In this document: piece after piece, positions 30,109 to 40,766 of the stretch
Layout: each line of letters opens with the position of its first letter
Numbering within the stretch: the first letter of the stretch is position 1
NCBI GenBank assembly: GCA_036559525.1
Contig: DATBSZ010000231.1
Coordinates: 1 to 55,477 of the forward strand
Direction: 5' to 3'
Length of the DNA stretch: 55,477 nucleotides
Source: Burkholderiales bacterium
Lineage (GTDB): Bacteria; Pseudomonadota; Gammaproteobacteria; Burkholderiales; SG8-39
Program-made: the position numbers and the translations under genes
Notes under the pieces: model-generated
The model's database searches: none
Seen by the model: only the letters and a program-made list of their open reading frames with translations
What the model was told of the DNA's origin: nothing

Positions 30109-30612
30109 TCAATGTTTGCTTATCAGGCCGCGCAGCCCGGCGAACGGCGAAGTCTTCTGCGCGCCGTCGCTCGCCGCGGCCGGAGCGCAATCCTCGTGCC
30201 GCGGCGCGTACGGCACCGCGAGGATCAGCTCGTCCTCGATCAGCTCGCGCAGCGCCATCTCCTTGCCCGCCACCACCCGGTCCGGCGCACGCGCGTCGGC
30301 GGGCTCGGCGTGGATCTCGGCAAGCGTCGCCGCCAGCACGAGCGTCTCGTCCGTATGCACTTCGAGCGCCATCGCTTCCAGGCAGCGCTGACAGCGAAGC
30401 GCGAGCGTACCGCTGACCCTGATCCGCAGGCCCGGCCGCCCGCGCTCGTCGCGCACTCCGCGGATCTCGTACCTGACTTCGCCGCCATCCGCCGCGAGCA
30501 TGTCGCGCAGGCGCGGAAAGTCGCTCAGCGGCCAAATTCCCTGCTGCGTTGCGCCGGCGGAAGCGAACTCGAAGCCGTCGATAACCGGTTGATGCGCCGG
30601 CGGGTGCGACAT
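30109..30612 (-). CDS. yceD: YceD-family (DUF177) 23S rRNA accumulation protein
   Basis: 167 aa with a CQRCLE motif, in the conserved position upstream of rpmF. Confidence 0.85.
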   Translation of the reverse strand: MSHPPAHQPVIDGFEFASAGATQQGIWPLSDFPRLRDMLAADGGEVRYEIRGVRDERGRPGLRIRVSGTLALRCQRCLEAMALEVHTDETLVLAATLAEIHAEPADARAPDRVVAGKEMALRELIEDELILAVPYAPRHEDCAPAAASDGAQKTSPFAGLRGLISKH

Positions 30613-30660
30613 AAACGCGCGATAATATCATCGCCTCAAAAGCTGCGTCAAAACAAAGTG

Positions 30661-31242
30661 ATGCCTCAACCCCGGCGACTCGTGCTCGCGTCCGGTTCGC
30701 GCTACCGGAAAGCGCTGCTCGAACGGCTCGGATTGCCGTTCGAAGCCGCCTCTCCGGATATCGACGAAACGCCTCTAAGCGGCGAATCGCCCCCGGACAC
30801 CGCGCTTCGCCTGGCGCATCTCAAGGCAATGGCGCTTTCGCACCGCGGCGACCTCATCATCGGCAGCGACCAAGTGGCTGCGAGCGGCGGACGGCGCTAC
30901 GGCAAGCCCGGCGGCCATGAAAAAGCCGTTCGCCAGCTTCGCGAGCTCTCCGGCAAAGCCGTGGACTTTCACACCGCCGTCACGCTCCTGGATACCCGTC
31001 GCGACAAGCACGAGTCGCGCCTCGTGCCGTGCCGCGTGGTCTTCCGCACGCTCGACGAGCGCCGCATCCAGGCCTACCTGGAAAGAGAGAAGCCCTACGA
31101 CTGCTCCGCCAGCGCCAAGGCCGAAGGCCTGGGGATCGCGCTGATCGAGCGCATCGAGACCGACGATCCGAGCTCCCTCATCGGCCTGCCGCTCATCGCC
31201 CTGAGCGAGATGCTCGAGCGCGCCGGCCTGCCCGTCCTGTAA
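30661..31242 (+). CDS. maf: Maf-family nucleoside triphosphate pyrophosphatase (YceF-like)
   Basis: LVLASGSRYRKALLERLGL...GSDQV...YDCSASAKAEGLG. Confidence 0.88.
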   Translation: MPQPRRLVLASGSRYRKALLERLGLPFEAASPDIDETPLSGESPPDTALRLAHLKAMALSHRGDLIIGSDQVAASGGRRYGKPGGHEKAVRQLRELSGKAVDFHTAVTLLDTRRDKHESRLVPCRVVFRTLDERRIQAYLEREKPYDCSASAKAEGLGIALIERIETDDPSSLIGLPLIALSEMLERAGLPVL

Positions 31243-31271
31243 AGCCCATCCCAAAACAGGGACAGACCACG

Positions 31272-31955
31272 ATTAACTCGCCGGTCCTATACGCAATCCC
31301 GACGTCACTCGGTGGACCACCCGAGAAGGCATTGCCCCAGGATGTCGTCCGGCAGGTGCAGGCTTTACGCGACTTCGTCGTCGAAAACGCAAAGAGCGCG
31401 CGTGCATTTCTTGGTGCGCTCGGGATGCCGGTACGGGAACTGGATATCAGGGTCATCGGCGAGGAACGCGATCCTCTGGCGCCTTTGAGGGAAAAGCGCT
31501 CGCTGGGCTTGCTGTCCGAAGCCGGCTGCCCGGCGATCGCCGATCCCGGCGCGGCGATTGTCGAGGCTGCCCACCGCGAAGGCTTTCGCGTCGTACCGCT
31601 GGTGGGCCCCTCCTCCATCGTTCTCGCGCTGATGGCTTCGGGCCTCGAAGGCCAGCGTTTTGCCTTCTGCGGCTACCTGCCGCGAGACGATTCTCAGCGG
31701 AAGCAAAGGATCCGCGAACTCGAGCAGCGCTCCAGGAAAGAACAGGAAACGGAGATCTTCATCGAGACGCCGTACCGCAACGACGTCCTGCTCGCCGCGC
31801 TCGTCGAAACCTGTAATACCGGCACGAGGCTATGCGTTGCCGCCGACCTCACCCTCCCTAGCGAAAGCGTTCAGACGAAGCCGATCGGAGAGTGGCGCCG
31901 GGCGAAGGCCGCGATCGGCCGCCGCCCGGCGGTGTTTCTCCTGCTAGCGGATTGA
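31272..31955 (+). CDS. RsmI-like (tetrapyrrole-methylase fold) SAM-dependent methyltransferase; start uncertain
   Basis: LYAIPTSLGG (beta-1, compare RsmI LYIVPTPIGN), SEAGCPAIADPG, RVVPLVGPSS and FAFCGYLP. No ATG, GTG or TTG lies in frame between the maf stop and beta-1. Candidates are ATT 31272 and ATC 31248. The track start at GTG 31029 overlaps maf by 214 nt. Confidence 0.7.
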   Translation: MNSPVLYAIPTSLGGPPEKALPQDVVRQVQALRDFVVENAKSARAFLGALGMPVRELDIRVIGEERDPLAPLREKRSLGLLSEAGCPAIADPGAAIVEAAHREGFRVVPLVGPSSIVLALMASGLEGQRFAFCGYLPRDDSQRKQRIRELEQRSRKEQETEIFIETPYRNDVLLAALVETCNTGTRLCVAADLTLPSESVQTKPIGEWRRAKAAIGRRPAVFLLLAD

Positions 31956-32882
31956 AGTGCGCAACAGGGCCTCGACGAAGGCGCTGCTGACCGAAGCGCC
32001 GAAGCGCCGCGCGAGCTTCTCGGCGACGCCCTCGCTGATCGTGAAGTCGCGGATCTCCTCGGCCTTGATCACCTCGCGCGCGACGTACTCGAGGCTGCCG
32101 AAGCCGTCGGCGAGCCCGAGGTCGACGCTCTTCTGCCCGGTCCAGATGAGGCCGCTGAAGATCTCGGGCCCTTCCTTGAGGCGCTTGCCGCGCCCCTCGC
32201 GCACCACGCCGATGAACTGCTGGTGGATGTCGCCCATCAGCGTCTTGATGTGCTGCTTGTCCTTGTCGTCGAGCGGCGAGAACGGGTCGAGCATGCCCTT
32301 GTTCTCGCCGGCGGTGATCAGCCGCCGCTCGATGCCGAGCTTGTCCATGAGGCCGGTAAAGCCGAAGCCGTTCATCAGCACGCCGATCGAGCCGACGATG
32401 CTGGCTTTCCCTACATAGATGCGGTCGGCGCCCACCGCGACAAAGTAGCCGCCCGAAGCGCACACGTCCTCGACCACCGCATAGAGCGGGATCTCGGGGT
32501 ACTTGCTGCGCAGACGCTTCATCTCGTCGTAGATCGTTTGCGCCTGCACCGGGCTGCCGCCCGGCGAGTTGATGCGCACGATCACGCCCTGGGTGTTTTT
32601 GTCCTTGAAGGCCGCCTGCAGCGCGGTGGTGATCTTCTCGGCGCTCGCGTCGGTGCCGGGCGCGATCAGGCCGCTCACCTCGACCATCGCGGTGTGCTTC
32701 TTGCTGCCGCCGACGTCGCCGCCCTTCCAGTCGATCGCCATCAGCAGGAACACCGTGATGTAGGCAAAGGTCAGCAGCTTGAAGAAGATGCCCCAAAGGC
32801 GCGCGCGCCGCTGCTCCTTGAGCGCCGCCGTGGCGAGCTTGTTGACCAGCTCGCGTTCCCACTGACCACCGTTCTCAGTCAT
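31944..32882 (-). CDS. sppA: S49-family signal peptide peptidase (SppA 36K type)
   Basis: INSPGGS and ASGGYF motifs with an N-terminal TM helix. The start overlaps the Rieske gene stop (ATGACTGA). Confidence 0.88.
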   Translation of the reverse strand: MTENGGQWERELVNKLATAALKEQRRARLWGIFFKLLTFAYITVFLLMAIDWKGGDVGGSKKHTAMVEVSGLIAPGTDASAEKITTALQAAFKDKNTQGVIVRINSPGGSPVQAQTIYDEMKRLRSKYPEIPLYAVVEDVCASGGYFVAVGADRIYVGKASIVGSIGVLMNGFGFTGLMDKLGIERRLITAGENKGMLDPFSPLDDKDKQHIKTLMGDIHQQFIGVVREGRGKRLKEGPEIFSGLIWTGQKSVDLGLADGFGSLEYVAREVIKAEEIRDFTISEGVAEKLARRFGASVSSAFVEALLRTSIR

Positions 32883-33231
32883 CGTCGAATCCTATGAAGT
32901 AGACCAGGCCGTTACGTTCCTCGAGGCGCAGCTTCACGAGCGGGCTGCCGTTGCACGGGCCGCCCAGGCAGCGGCCGGTGGCGGCGTCGTAGGTGGCGCC
33001 GTGCGTCGAGCATAGCAAATCGCGTCCGTCGGAATCGAAAAATACCCCTTCCTGCCAGTCGAGTTCCATCGCGACGTGCGCGCAGCGGTTCAGATAGGCA
33101 TGGACTTTCCCATCCTTTCGAACGGCAAAGGCCGGGGCCGCCTCGCCGAAGTACTCGACCTCGAAGCGCACGCCGCGCCCGGCGTCGATCAGCACGCCCG
33201 ACTCGCAGATCAGGCGTTCGCTCGCAGCCAT
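32875..33231 (-). CDS. Rieske (2Fe-2S) domain protein
   Basis: 118 aa from ATG 33231, with CAHV...CSTHG ligands. Confidence 0.85.
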   Translation of the reverse strand: MAASERLICESGVLIDAGRGVRFEVEYFGEAAPAFAVRKDGKVHAYLNRCAHVAMELDWQEGVFFDSDGRDLLCSTHGATYDAATGRCLGGPCNGSPLVKLRLEERNGLVYFIGFDDD

Positions 33232-33857
33232 TCTTCCAATTGCGTGACTGAAGAGAAGCAGCCGAGCGGTTCGCAGGCGCGCAGGCTGTCCTCCGGATGC
33301 GCGCCGTAGGTCACGGCGAGCGCATCCACCCCGGCGGCGCGGGCCATTTCCAGGTCGTGCGAGGTGTCTCCGATCATCAGGGAGGAATCTTTCGGCACCG
33401 CGAGCTCTTCGATGATCTCCCTCAGCATGGCCGGGTGGGGCTTCGGGTTGGTCTCGTCGGCGCAGCGCGACGCGGCGAACAGCGGCTTCAGCCGGTGGAA
33501 CTCGAGGTCGCGGTCGAGGCCGCGGCGGCTTTTTCCGGTGGCAATGGCGAGAACATGCCTTTTCGAAAGATCTTCGAGCAGCGGACGCATGCCGTCGAAA
33601 AGCTGCATGGCGTCCTTGCGCACGAGGAAATGCTTGCGGTAGCTCGCGACGAATTCGGGATAGCGCTCGGCCGCCAGCCCGGGGACGGCGATGCGCATGG
33701 CATCGTGCAGGCCCAGGCCGATGACGTGGCTGGCGCGCTGCCAGTCGGGCACTTCCAACCCGAGCTCGCGGCTCGCGTCGCGGATGCAATCGGCGATCGT
33801 CGCCGCCGAGTCGATGATCGTGCCGTCCCAGTCGAAGACAAGCAGCCGGTAGCTCAC
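33210..33857 (-). CDS. HAD-superfamily hydrolase (phosphoglycolate phosphatase-like)
   Basis: Motif I FDWDGT, then ATGKS and GDTSHD. The GTG start overlaps the rluC TGA (GTGA). Confidence 0.85.
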   Translation of the reverse strand: MSYRLLVFDWDGTIIDSAATIADCIRDASRELGLEVPDWQRASHVIGLGLHDAMRIAVPGLAAERYPEFVASYRKHFLVRKDAMQLFDGMRPLLEDLSKRHVLAIATGKSRRGLDRDLEFHRLKPLFAASRCADETNPKPHPAMLREIIEELAVPKDSSLMIGDTSHDLEMARAAGVDALAVTYGAHPEDSLRACEPLGCFSSVTQLEEWLRANA

Positions 33858-34780
33858 GGCAGCATTTTCTCCAGGAAAGCCTTCATCTCCGCAGGCAACG
33901 GAGACTCGAGCTTCACCGGCTCGCCGCCGAGCGGGTGGCGGAACGAGAGCTTCGCCGCGTGCAGGAGCAGCCGTTGCTTGAGCGCCCGGTTGAGGGCGAA
34001 ATCGCCGTACTTGTCGTCGCCGACGACCGGATGCCCGGCGTGCGCCAGGTGCACGCGGATCTGGTGCGTGCGCCCGGTCATGAGCTCGACTTGGAGGAGG
34101 CTGAACTCGCCGCTGCTCTTCACCCGCGTGACCCTCGTCAACGCGGACATGCCGTCCGCCTGCACGCTGACCCGACGCTCGCCGGAGGCGGTGACGTGCT
34201 TGTGCAGGGATTCGCGCAGCTCGAGGGTCTTCTTGGCCAGGGCGCCCTTGACGATTGCCAGGTAGATCTTCCGGACCTCGCCCTCGCGCAGCATGCGATG
34301 CAACTCGACCAGGGCGCTCCGCCTCTTACAAAGAATCAATAGGCCTGACGTGTCGCGATCCAGGCGATGCGCGAGCTCGAGGACCTTGGCCTGCGGCCGC
34401 GCCGCGCGCAGCGACTCGATCACGCCGAAGCTCACTCCGCTGCCGCCGTGCACGGCGATGCCCGAGGGCTTGTCGATCACCAGGAGGGAAGCGTCCTCGA
34501 ACACCACCGGAAGGTCGAGCGGACGCGCCGGCGGGGGTCTTCCTTCGGAAACCCTGACCGGCGGGATCCGGACCCTATCGCCGACTTGCAGCCGGTAGTC
34601 GGGCTTCACCCGGCCGCTGTTGACGCGCACTTGGCCGCTGCGCAGCACGCGGTAGACATGGCTCTTCGGCACGCCTTTCAGCTGGCGCAGCAGGAAGTTG
34701 TCGATGCGCTGCGCCTCGCTTTCCTCGCCGATCACCAGCCACTTCGCCTTAGGTCCCGCGGTCTTGCTTAAGTCATTCAT
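33854..34780 (-). CDS. rluC: 23S rRNA pseudouridine synthase C
   Basis: S4 domain N-terminus (RIDNFLLRQL) and catalytic HRLDRDTSG. It is divergent from rne, as in E. coli. Confidence 0.9.
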   Translation of the reverse strand: MNDLSKTAGPKAKWLVIGEESEAQRIDNFLLRQLKGVPKSHVYRVLRSGQVRVNSGRVKPDYRLQVGDRVRIPPVRVSEGRPPPARPLDLPVVFEDASLLVIDKPSGIAVHGGSGVSFGVIESLRAARPQAKVLELAHRLDRDTSGLLILCKRRSALVELHRMLREGEVRKIYLAIVKGALAKKTLELRESLHKHVTASGERRVSVQADGMSALTRVTRVKSSGEFSLLQVELMTGRTHQIRVHLAHAGHPVVGDDKYGDFALNRALKQRLLLHAAKLSFRHPLGGEPVKLESPLPAEMKAFLEKMLP

Positions 34781-35012
34781 TTTCCGTATGATCTTTTCAC
34801 CGCTTCGAGTTGCGAGGCACAGGACCGCTTTGGGGATTCAACCTCCACCAGCGCCTGCAACCCGCCTCCTGCCCGGCCGCAGCCGAGCCTGAAGCGCTGG
34901 TTAATTTCGCTCACCGGAAGTAGCGATACTACTAGCAGCGCGCGTAGGGGCTGTTTTCCCACTGTATCCATGAGGAGACCTTCGAGGAGGTTGCAGCTCG
35001 GGTAGGTAGGCC

Positions 35013-35032
35013 TCTCCTGCGCGCGCAGGAGA
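35013..35032 (+). promoter_or_regulatory. 20-nt perfect palindrome sequestering the rne Shine-Dalgarno
   Basis: TCTCCTGCGCGCGCAGGAGA. The 3' arm contains AGGAGA 7 nt upstream of the rne GTG at 35040. Confidence 0.6.
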
Positions 35033-35039
35033 ACAACAA

Positions 35040-37763
35040 GTGAAGCGCATGTTGTTTAACGCGACGCAGCAAGAGGAGCTGCGCGTCGCGATCGTCGACG
35101 GACAAAAGCTCGTCGACCTCGACATAGAGTCGGCATCAAGGGAGCAACGCAAGAGCAACATCTACAAAGGCATCATCACCCGCATCGAGCCCAGCCTCGA
35201 GGCTGCCTTCGTCGACTACGGCGAGGAACGGCACGGGTTCCTGCCGTTCAAGGAAGTTTCCCGCAGCTATTTCAAGGACGGAATCGACGCCGGGCGCGCC
35301 CGCATCCAGGACGCCCTGCGCGAAGGCCAGGAGTTGATCGTCCAGGTCGAGAAGGACGAGCGCGGAACCAAGGGCGCCGCCCTCACAACGTTCATAAGTC
35401 TGGCAGGGCGGTATCTGGTGCTGATGCCGAACAACCCGCGCGGTGGCGGCGTCTCGCGCCGGGTCGAAGGCGAAGACCGCAACGAGCTTCGCGACACCCT
35501 CGACCAGCTCCAGCTTCCCGAAGGCATGAGCGTCATCGCCCGCACCGCGGCGATCGGCCGCTCGCTGGAGGAGCTGACCTGGGACCTGAACTACCTGATG
35601 CAGCTCTGGACCGCGGTCGAGGGCGCCTCGGCGGACCAGTCGAAGAAGCCGTTCCTCATCTACCTCGAGTCGAGCCTGGTGATCCGCGCGATCCGCGATT
35701 ACTTCCAGCCCGACATCGGCGAGATCCTGATCGACACGGAAGAGATTTTCGAGCAGGCCAAGTCCTTCATGCAGACGGTGATGCCGGACAACGTCGGCAA
35801 GGTGAAGCTCTACCGCGACGACATCCCGCTCTTCTCGCGCTTCCAGATCGAGCACCAGATCGAGAGCGCCTACTCGCGCGGGGTCGCCCTGCCTGCGGGC
35901 GGCGCGATCGTCATCGACCACACCGAGGCGCTGGTCGCCATCGACGTCAACTCCGCGCGCGCCACGCGCGGCGGCGACATCGAGGAAACAGCGTTCCGCA
36001 CCAATCTCGAGGCGGCGGAGGAAGTCGCGCGCCAGTTGCGGCTGCGCGACCTGGGCGGGCTAATAGTGATCGATTTCATCGACATGGAGTCCCAGAAAAA
36101 CCAGCGCGAGGTCGAGAACCGGCTGCGCGACTCGCTGCGGTACGACCGCGCCCGGGTCCAAATCGGCAAGATCTCGCGCTTCGGGCTGATGGAGCTCTCG
36201 CGCCAGCGTCTGCAGGCCTCGCTCGAGGAGACCGCGCACATCAGCTGCCCGCGCTGCAGCGGCACCGGCTTCATCCGCGGCACCGAGTCGACCGCGCTCC
36301 ACGTGCTGAGGATCATCCAGGAAGAGTCGATGAAGGAGAACACCGGGGCGGTGCACGCCCAGGTGCCGGTCGATGTGTCCTCGTTCCTGCTGAACGAGAA
36401 GCGCGCCGAGATCCAGAAGCTCGAGGCCCGGCTGAAGGTGAACATCGTTCTCGTGCCTAATCCGCACCTCGAGACGCCGCACTACAAGGTGCAGCGCCTC
36501 AAGCACGACGAGCTGAACGCCATGGAGCACGTGCCGTCGAGCTACGAGCTGGTCGAGCGCCCCGAGGAGCCCAAGGCGCCGGGCGCCGAGGAGGAAGTGA
36601 AGCTCGAGCGCCAGCAGCCGGTGGTGAAAACCATCACCCCGGACCAGCCCGCGCCGCTCCCGCAGGCAGCCGCTCCGCAGCCAGCGCCGCGTCCGGCGCA
36701 ACCCGCTTCACAGCCGGCCCCAATGCCCGCAGCACCGCAACCCCAGCCTGCCTCCGGCGGCGGATTCTTGAGCCGACTCTTCGGCGGGCTGTTCGGGGCC
36801 GAGCCGGCGCCCGCGCCCACCCCCGTCGCCGCCTCACCCGCGCCGCAGGCCTCGCAGCCCGCGCAACGCGAGCCCAGGCGCGATCATCATCGCCGCGATG
36901 GACGCAGGGACGGCGGCCGCGGCCGCGATGGCCAGAGAGACGGCCGGCGCGACGAGCAGCAGCGTGACCGCCAGCAACACCCGCGGCTCGAGCAAAGGCG
37001 CAACGGCCAGCAGCCGCGCGGTGATCGCGGCGAGCGGGATCGCGGCGGTCGCGGCGAGCGCGGCCGGCCGGACCACCAGCAGCGTCAGCAACGCCCGCAG
37101 CATCAAGGGCCGCAGCAGCAGGGACAGCAGCCGCAACAGCAGGAACAACAGCCGCCGCCGCAGGAACAACAGCCGCAGCCGCAGGGACAACAACCCCAGC
37201 AGCAGCACCGGCCTCCGCCACGCGAGCGCGAGGCGCGCGAAGGCCGAGAGGGTGAAGAGCAGCAGCGCCGCGGCGGCCGCCGCAACCGGGGGGGACGCGA
37301 CCGACAGCGCGAGCGCGGGGATCGCGGCGAGCGCCCGGCCCAGGGCGATCCGCGGCCGTCAGGCGCACCGCCTTCGTTCCTGATGAAAGAGGATCAATTG
37401 CGCGAAGACCAGCGGCGCGAAGCGCTGGCGCGCAAGGAGCTCGAGTCCTCCGGCGAGGAGACCTTGCCGCCATCGGTCGCACCGCGCGTGGAAGAACCCG
37501 CGCCACGCATGGAACAGGCGGCGCCACGCATGGAACAGCCGGCGCCGCACGCGGAGCAACCGGTCCGCGCGGAGCCGAAGATCGACTCCAAGGTCTTGCT
37601 CGAAAGCGCGGGGCTGGTGATGATCGAAACCGACCGTGCAAGGGTACCCGCCGCTGCGCCCGCCCAGGAGGAGCAGCAGCATCTCGGCCGGCCCCGCCGC
37701 GAGCGCCAGAAACCGGTGGTCCAGGACGAGCCGTTGCAGCAGGTGGAGACGACTAGGAAGTAG
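35040..37763 (+). CDS. rne: Ribonuclease E
   Basis: [26 protein letters not shown]...[21 protein letters not shown] is near-identical in pattern to the E. coli N-terminus. There is a long Arg/Gln/Pro/Glu low-complexity C-terminal half. Confidence 0.97.
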   Translation: MKRMLFNATQQEELRVAIVDGQKLVDLDIESASREQRKSNIYKGIITRIEPSLEAAFVDYGEERHGFLPFKEVSRSYFKDGIDAGRARIQDALREGQELIVQVEKDERGTKGAALTTFISLAGRYLVLMPNNPRGGGVSRRVEGEDRNELRDTLDQLQLPEGMSVIARTAAIGRSLEELTWDLNYLMQLWTAVEGASADQSKKPFLIYLESSLVIRAIRDYFQPDIGEILIDTEEIFEQAKSFMQTVMPDNVGKVKLYRDDIPLFSRFQIEHQIESAYSRGVALPAGGAIVIDHTEALVAIDVNSARATRGGDIEETAFRTNLEAAEEVARQLRLRDLGGLIVIDFIDMESQKNQREVENRLRDSLRYDRARVQIGKISRFGLMELSRQRLQASLEETAHISCPRCSGTGFIRGTESTALHVLRIIQEESMKENTGAVHAQVPVDVSSFLLNEKRAEIQKLEARLKVNIVLVPNPHLETPHYKVQRLKHDELNAMEHVPSSYELVERPEEPKAPGAEEEVKLERQQPVVKTITPDQPAPLPQAAAPQPAPRPAQPASQPAPMPAAPQPQPASGGGFLSRLFGGLFGAEPAPAPTPVAASPAPQASQPAQREPRRDHHRRDGRRDGGRGRDGQRDGRRDEQQRDRQQHPRLEQRRNGQQPRGDRGERDRGGRGERGRPDHQQRQQRPQHQGPQQQGQQPQQQEQQPPPQEQQPQPQGQQPQQQHRPPPREREAREGREGEEQQRRGGRRNRGGRDRQRERGDRGERPAQGDPRPSGAPPSFLMKEDQLREDQRREALARKELESSGEETLPPSVAPRVEEPAPRMEQAAPRMEQPAPHAEQPVRAEPKIDSKVLLESAGLVMIETDRARVPAAAPAQEEQQHLGRPRRERQKPVVQDEPLQQVETTRK

Positions 37764-38211
37764 GCTCTTTCAACTCTGCAAGGAGGCTGGCGCACTGGGC
37801 CTCCACCAGGTCGAGCACGCGCTCGAACCCGGCCGGGCCGCCGTAATAGGGGTCCGGCACGTCGCTGTCCGCCGCGAACAGCCGGATGTTCGCCCGATGC
37901 CGCGGCGGCGCCATGCGCTGCAAGTCGCGCAGGTGGCCGCTGTCCATCGCCAGGATGAGGTCGAAATCGTCGAAGTCGCGCGGCCGCACCTGGCGCGCGC
38001 GCTGCGCGCTCAGGTCGTAGCCGCGGCTCCGGGCGTGGTGCTGGGCACGCTCGTCGGGCGGATGGCCCACGTGCCAGTCGCCCAGGCCGGCGGATTCGAT
38101 GCGCAGTTCCAGCCCCGCTTTCACACACAAGCTCCTGAAAACCCCTTCGGCCGTCGGCGAGCGGCAGATGTTGCCGGTGCAGACGAATAGGATGGAGCGC
38201 CGTTCTTTCAT
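37753..38211 (-). CDS. Low-molecular-weight protein-tyrosine phosphatase
   Basis: 152 aa from ATG 38211. P-loop CTGNICRS and a DPYY loop. Confidence 0.9.
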   Translation of the reverse strand: MKERRSILFVCTGNICRSPTAEGVFRSLCVKAGLELRIESAGLGDWHVGHPPDERAQHHARSRGYDLSAQRARQVRPRDFDDFDLILAMDSGHLRDLQRMAPPRHRANIRLFAADSDVPDPYYGGPAGFERVLDLVEAQCASLLAELKEPTS

Positions 38212-39614
<1,403 letters not shown>

Positions 39615-39615
<1 letters not shown>

Positions 39616-40082
39616 TGCGGATACGGCTTGCCACGCCCGCCGATGCGGCGGTGCTGATCGAGTTCAACTCCGCCATGGCGCTCGAGACCGAGCGCAAGGA
39701 TCTTCTAGCGGAGGTGATCAGCGCCGGCGTCCACGGTCTTCTGGGCAGCGCCGCTGCGGGCTTCTATGTCGTTGCGGAAAAAGACGACCGGGTGGTGGGC
39801 TCGCTCCTGATCACCAAAGAGTGGAGCGACTGGCGAAACGGCAGCTTCTGGTGGATCCAGAGCGTTTACGTAAGGCCCGAATGGCGGCGCCAAGGCGTCT
39901 ACAAGCAGCTCTACCGCCACGTCCAAGAGCTTGCTGCGCAGGACCCGGCAGCGTGCGGCTTCCGGCTTTACGTCGAGCGGGAGAACAGCCGCGCCCAGGC
40001 CACGTACCGGGCGCTCGGGATGAAAGAGACTCGCTACCTCGTCTTCGAGGAGCTCAAGCCCGGCGTTCGGTTCTACCGGTAG
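39615..40082 (+). CDS. GNAT-family N-acetyltransferase
   Basis: 155 aa. Acetyl-CoA site VYVRPEWRRQGVYKQL. The ATG overlaps the asnS TGA (TGATG). Confidence 0.8.
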
Positions 40083-40627
40083 AACACGTGGCGCCCGATG
40101 CGCGCCACTTTCTGCCTCTCCTTGGCCCACTCCGGCTGGATGTAGTTGGCGTGGAAGTGCAGCGCGCCGGGCATCACCGCTTGTCGCCGCTGGTAATACA
40201 CGTCCTCGGCGACCTTGACTGCGCGCTTCCAGGCCGTGCCCTTGGGCGCGTCGAGGGACTCGAACTCGGTCCAGGAGAATGCGCCGACGTAGCGCTTGCG
40301 CAGCGGGTCCCAGTTCGTCTGGTACACCACCTCGCACACGGTCTTGGGATACAACGGCGAAGCCTTGCGGTTCATGGTGACTTCCGCCACCGCATACTGG
40401 CCGGCCGGGGGCTCGCCGCGCGCCTCGTAGTACACGTTGAGCGCCAGGCATTCGAGGCTGCGCGCGTGGAACTCGCGCACCCTGGCGGTCTGCTCGTCGC
40501 GGTGCGCGGAGACGGCGCCGAGCGCAAGCACGAGCACGCCGACCACGGCGCAAAAGAACATCGCGAAGGCCAGCGCGGCCTTGTCGGCCCGCCACCACAT
40601 CAGGCGCAGCTTCAAGAACATGCGCAA
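40073..40627 (-). CDS. SleB-like cell wall hydrolase (Hydrolase_2 family)
   Basis: LALNVYYEARGEP..GQYAVAEVTMNR with an N-terminal TM helix. Start is TTG 40627 or ATG 40621. The 3' end overlaps the convergent GNAT gene by 10 nt. Confidence 0.8.
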   Translation of the reverse strand: MRMFLKLRLMWWRADKAALAFAMFFCAVVGVLVLALGAVSAHRDEQTARVREFHARSLECLALNVYYEARGEPPAGQYAVAEVTMNRKASPLYPKTVCEVVYQTNWDPLRKRYVGAFSWTEFESLDAPKGTAWKRAVKVAEDVYYQRRQAVMPGALHFHANYIQPEWAKERQKVARIGRHVFYR

Positions 40628-40694
40628 CTTTGCCGGGGCCGCACGCCCCTGCGAAGGTCAAATTACCTTCTTAAGGTTCTTTACGCTCCGCCCG

Positions 40695-40766
40695 AAAAAT
40701 TCGGGGACGGAGCCCTAATTCGTTAGCTGCGCGTTGCCAGAATTAGCGCTCCGTCCCCGAATTTTT
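40695..40766 (-). terminator. Large inverted repeat / intrinsic terminator downstream of uvrB
   Basis: 27-nt arms AAAAATTCGGGGACGGAGCCCTAATTC (40695-40721) and GAATTAGCGCTCCGTCCCCGAATTTTT (40740-40766), with one mismatch and an 18-nt loop. On the minus strand the stem is followed by TTTTT. Confidence 0.6.

Noticed and set aside
36834-37641. Repeat-rich ORFs on both strands inside rne, and the possibility of a CRISPR-like or minisatellite array
   Set aside because: The periodicity is codon-level low complexity (CAG, CGC, GAC) within the RNase E scaffold region. There are no regularly spaced identical repeats with unique spacers, so it is not a CRISPR array.
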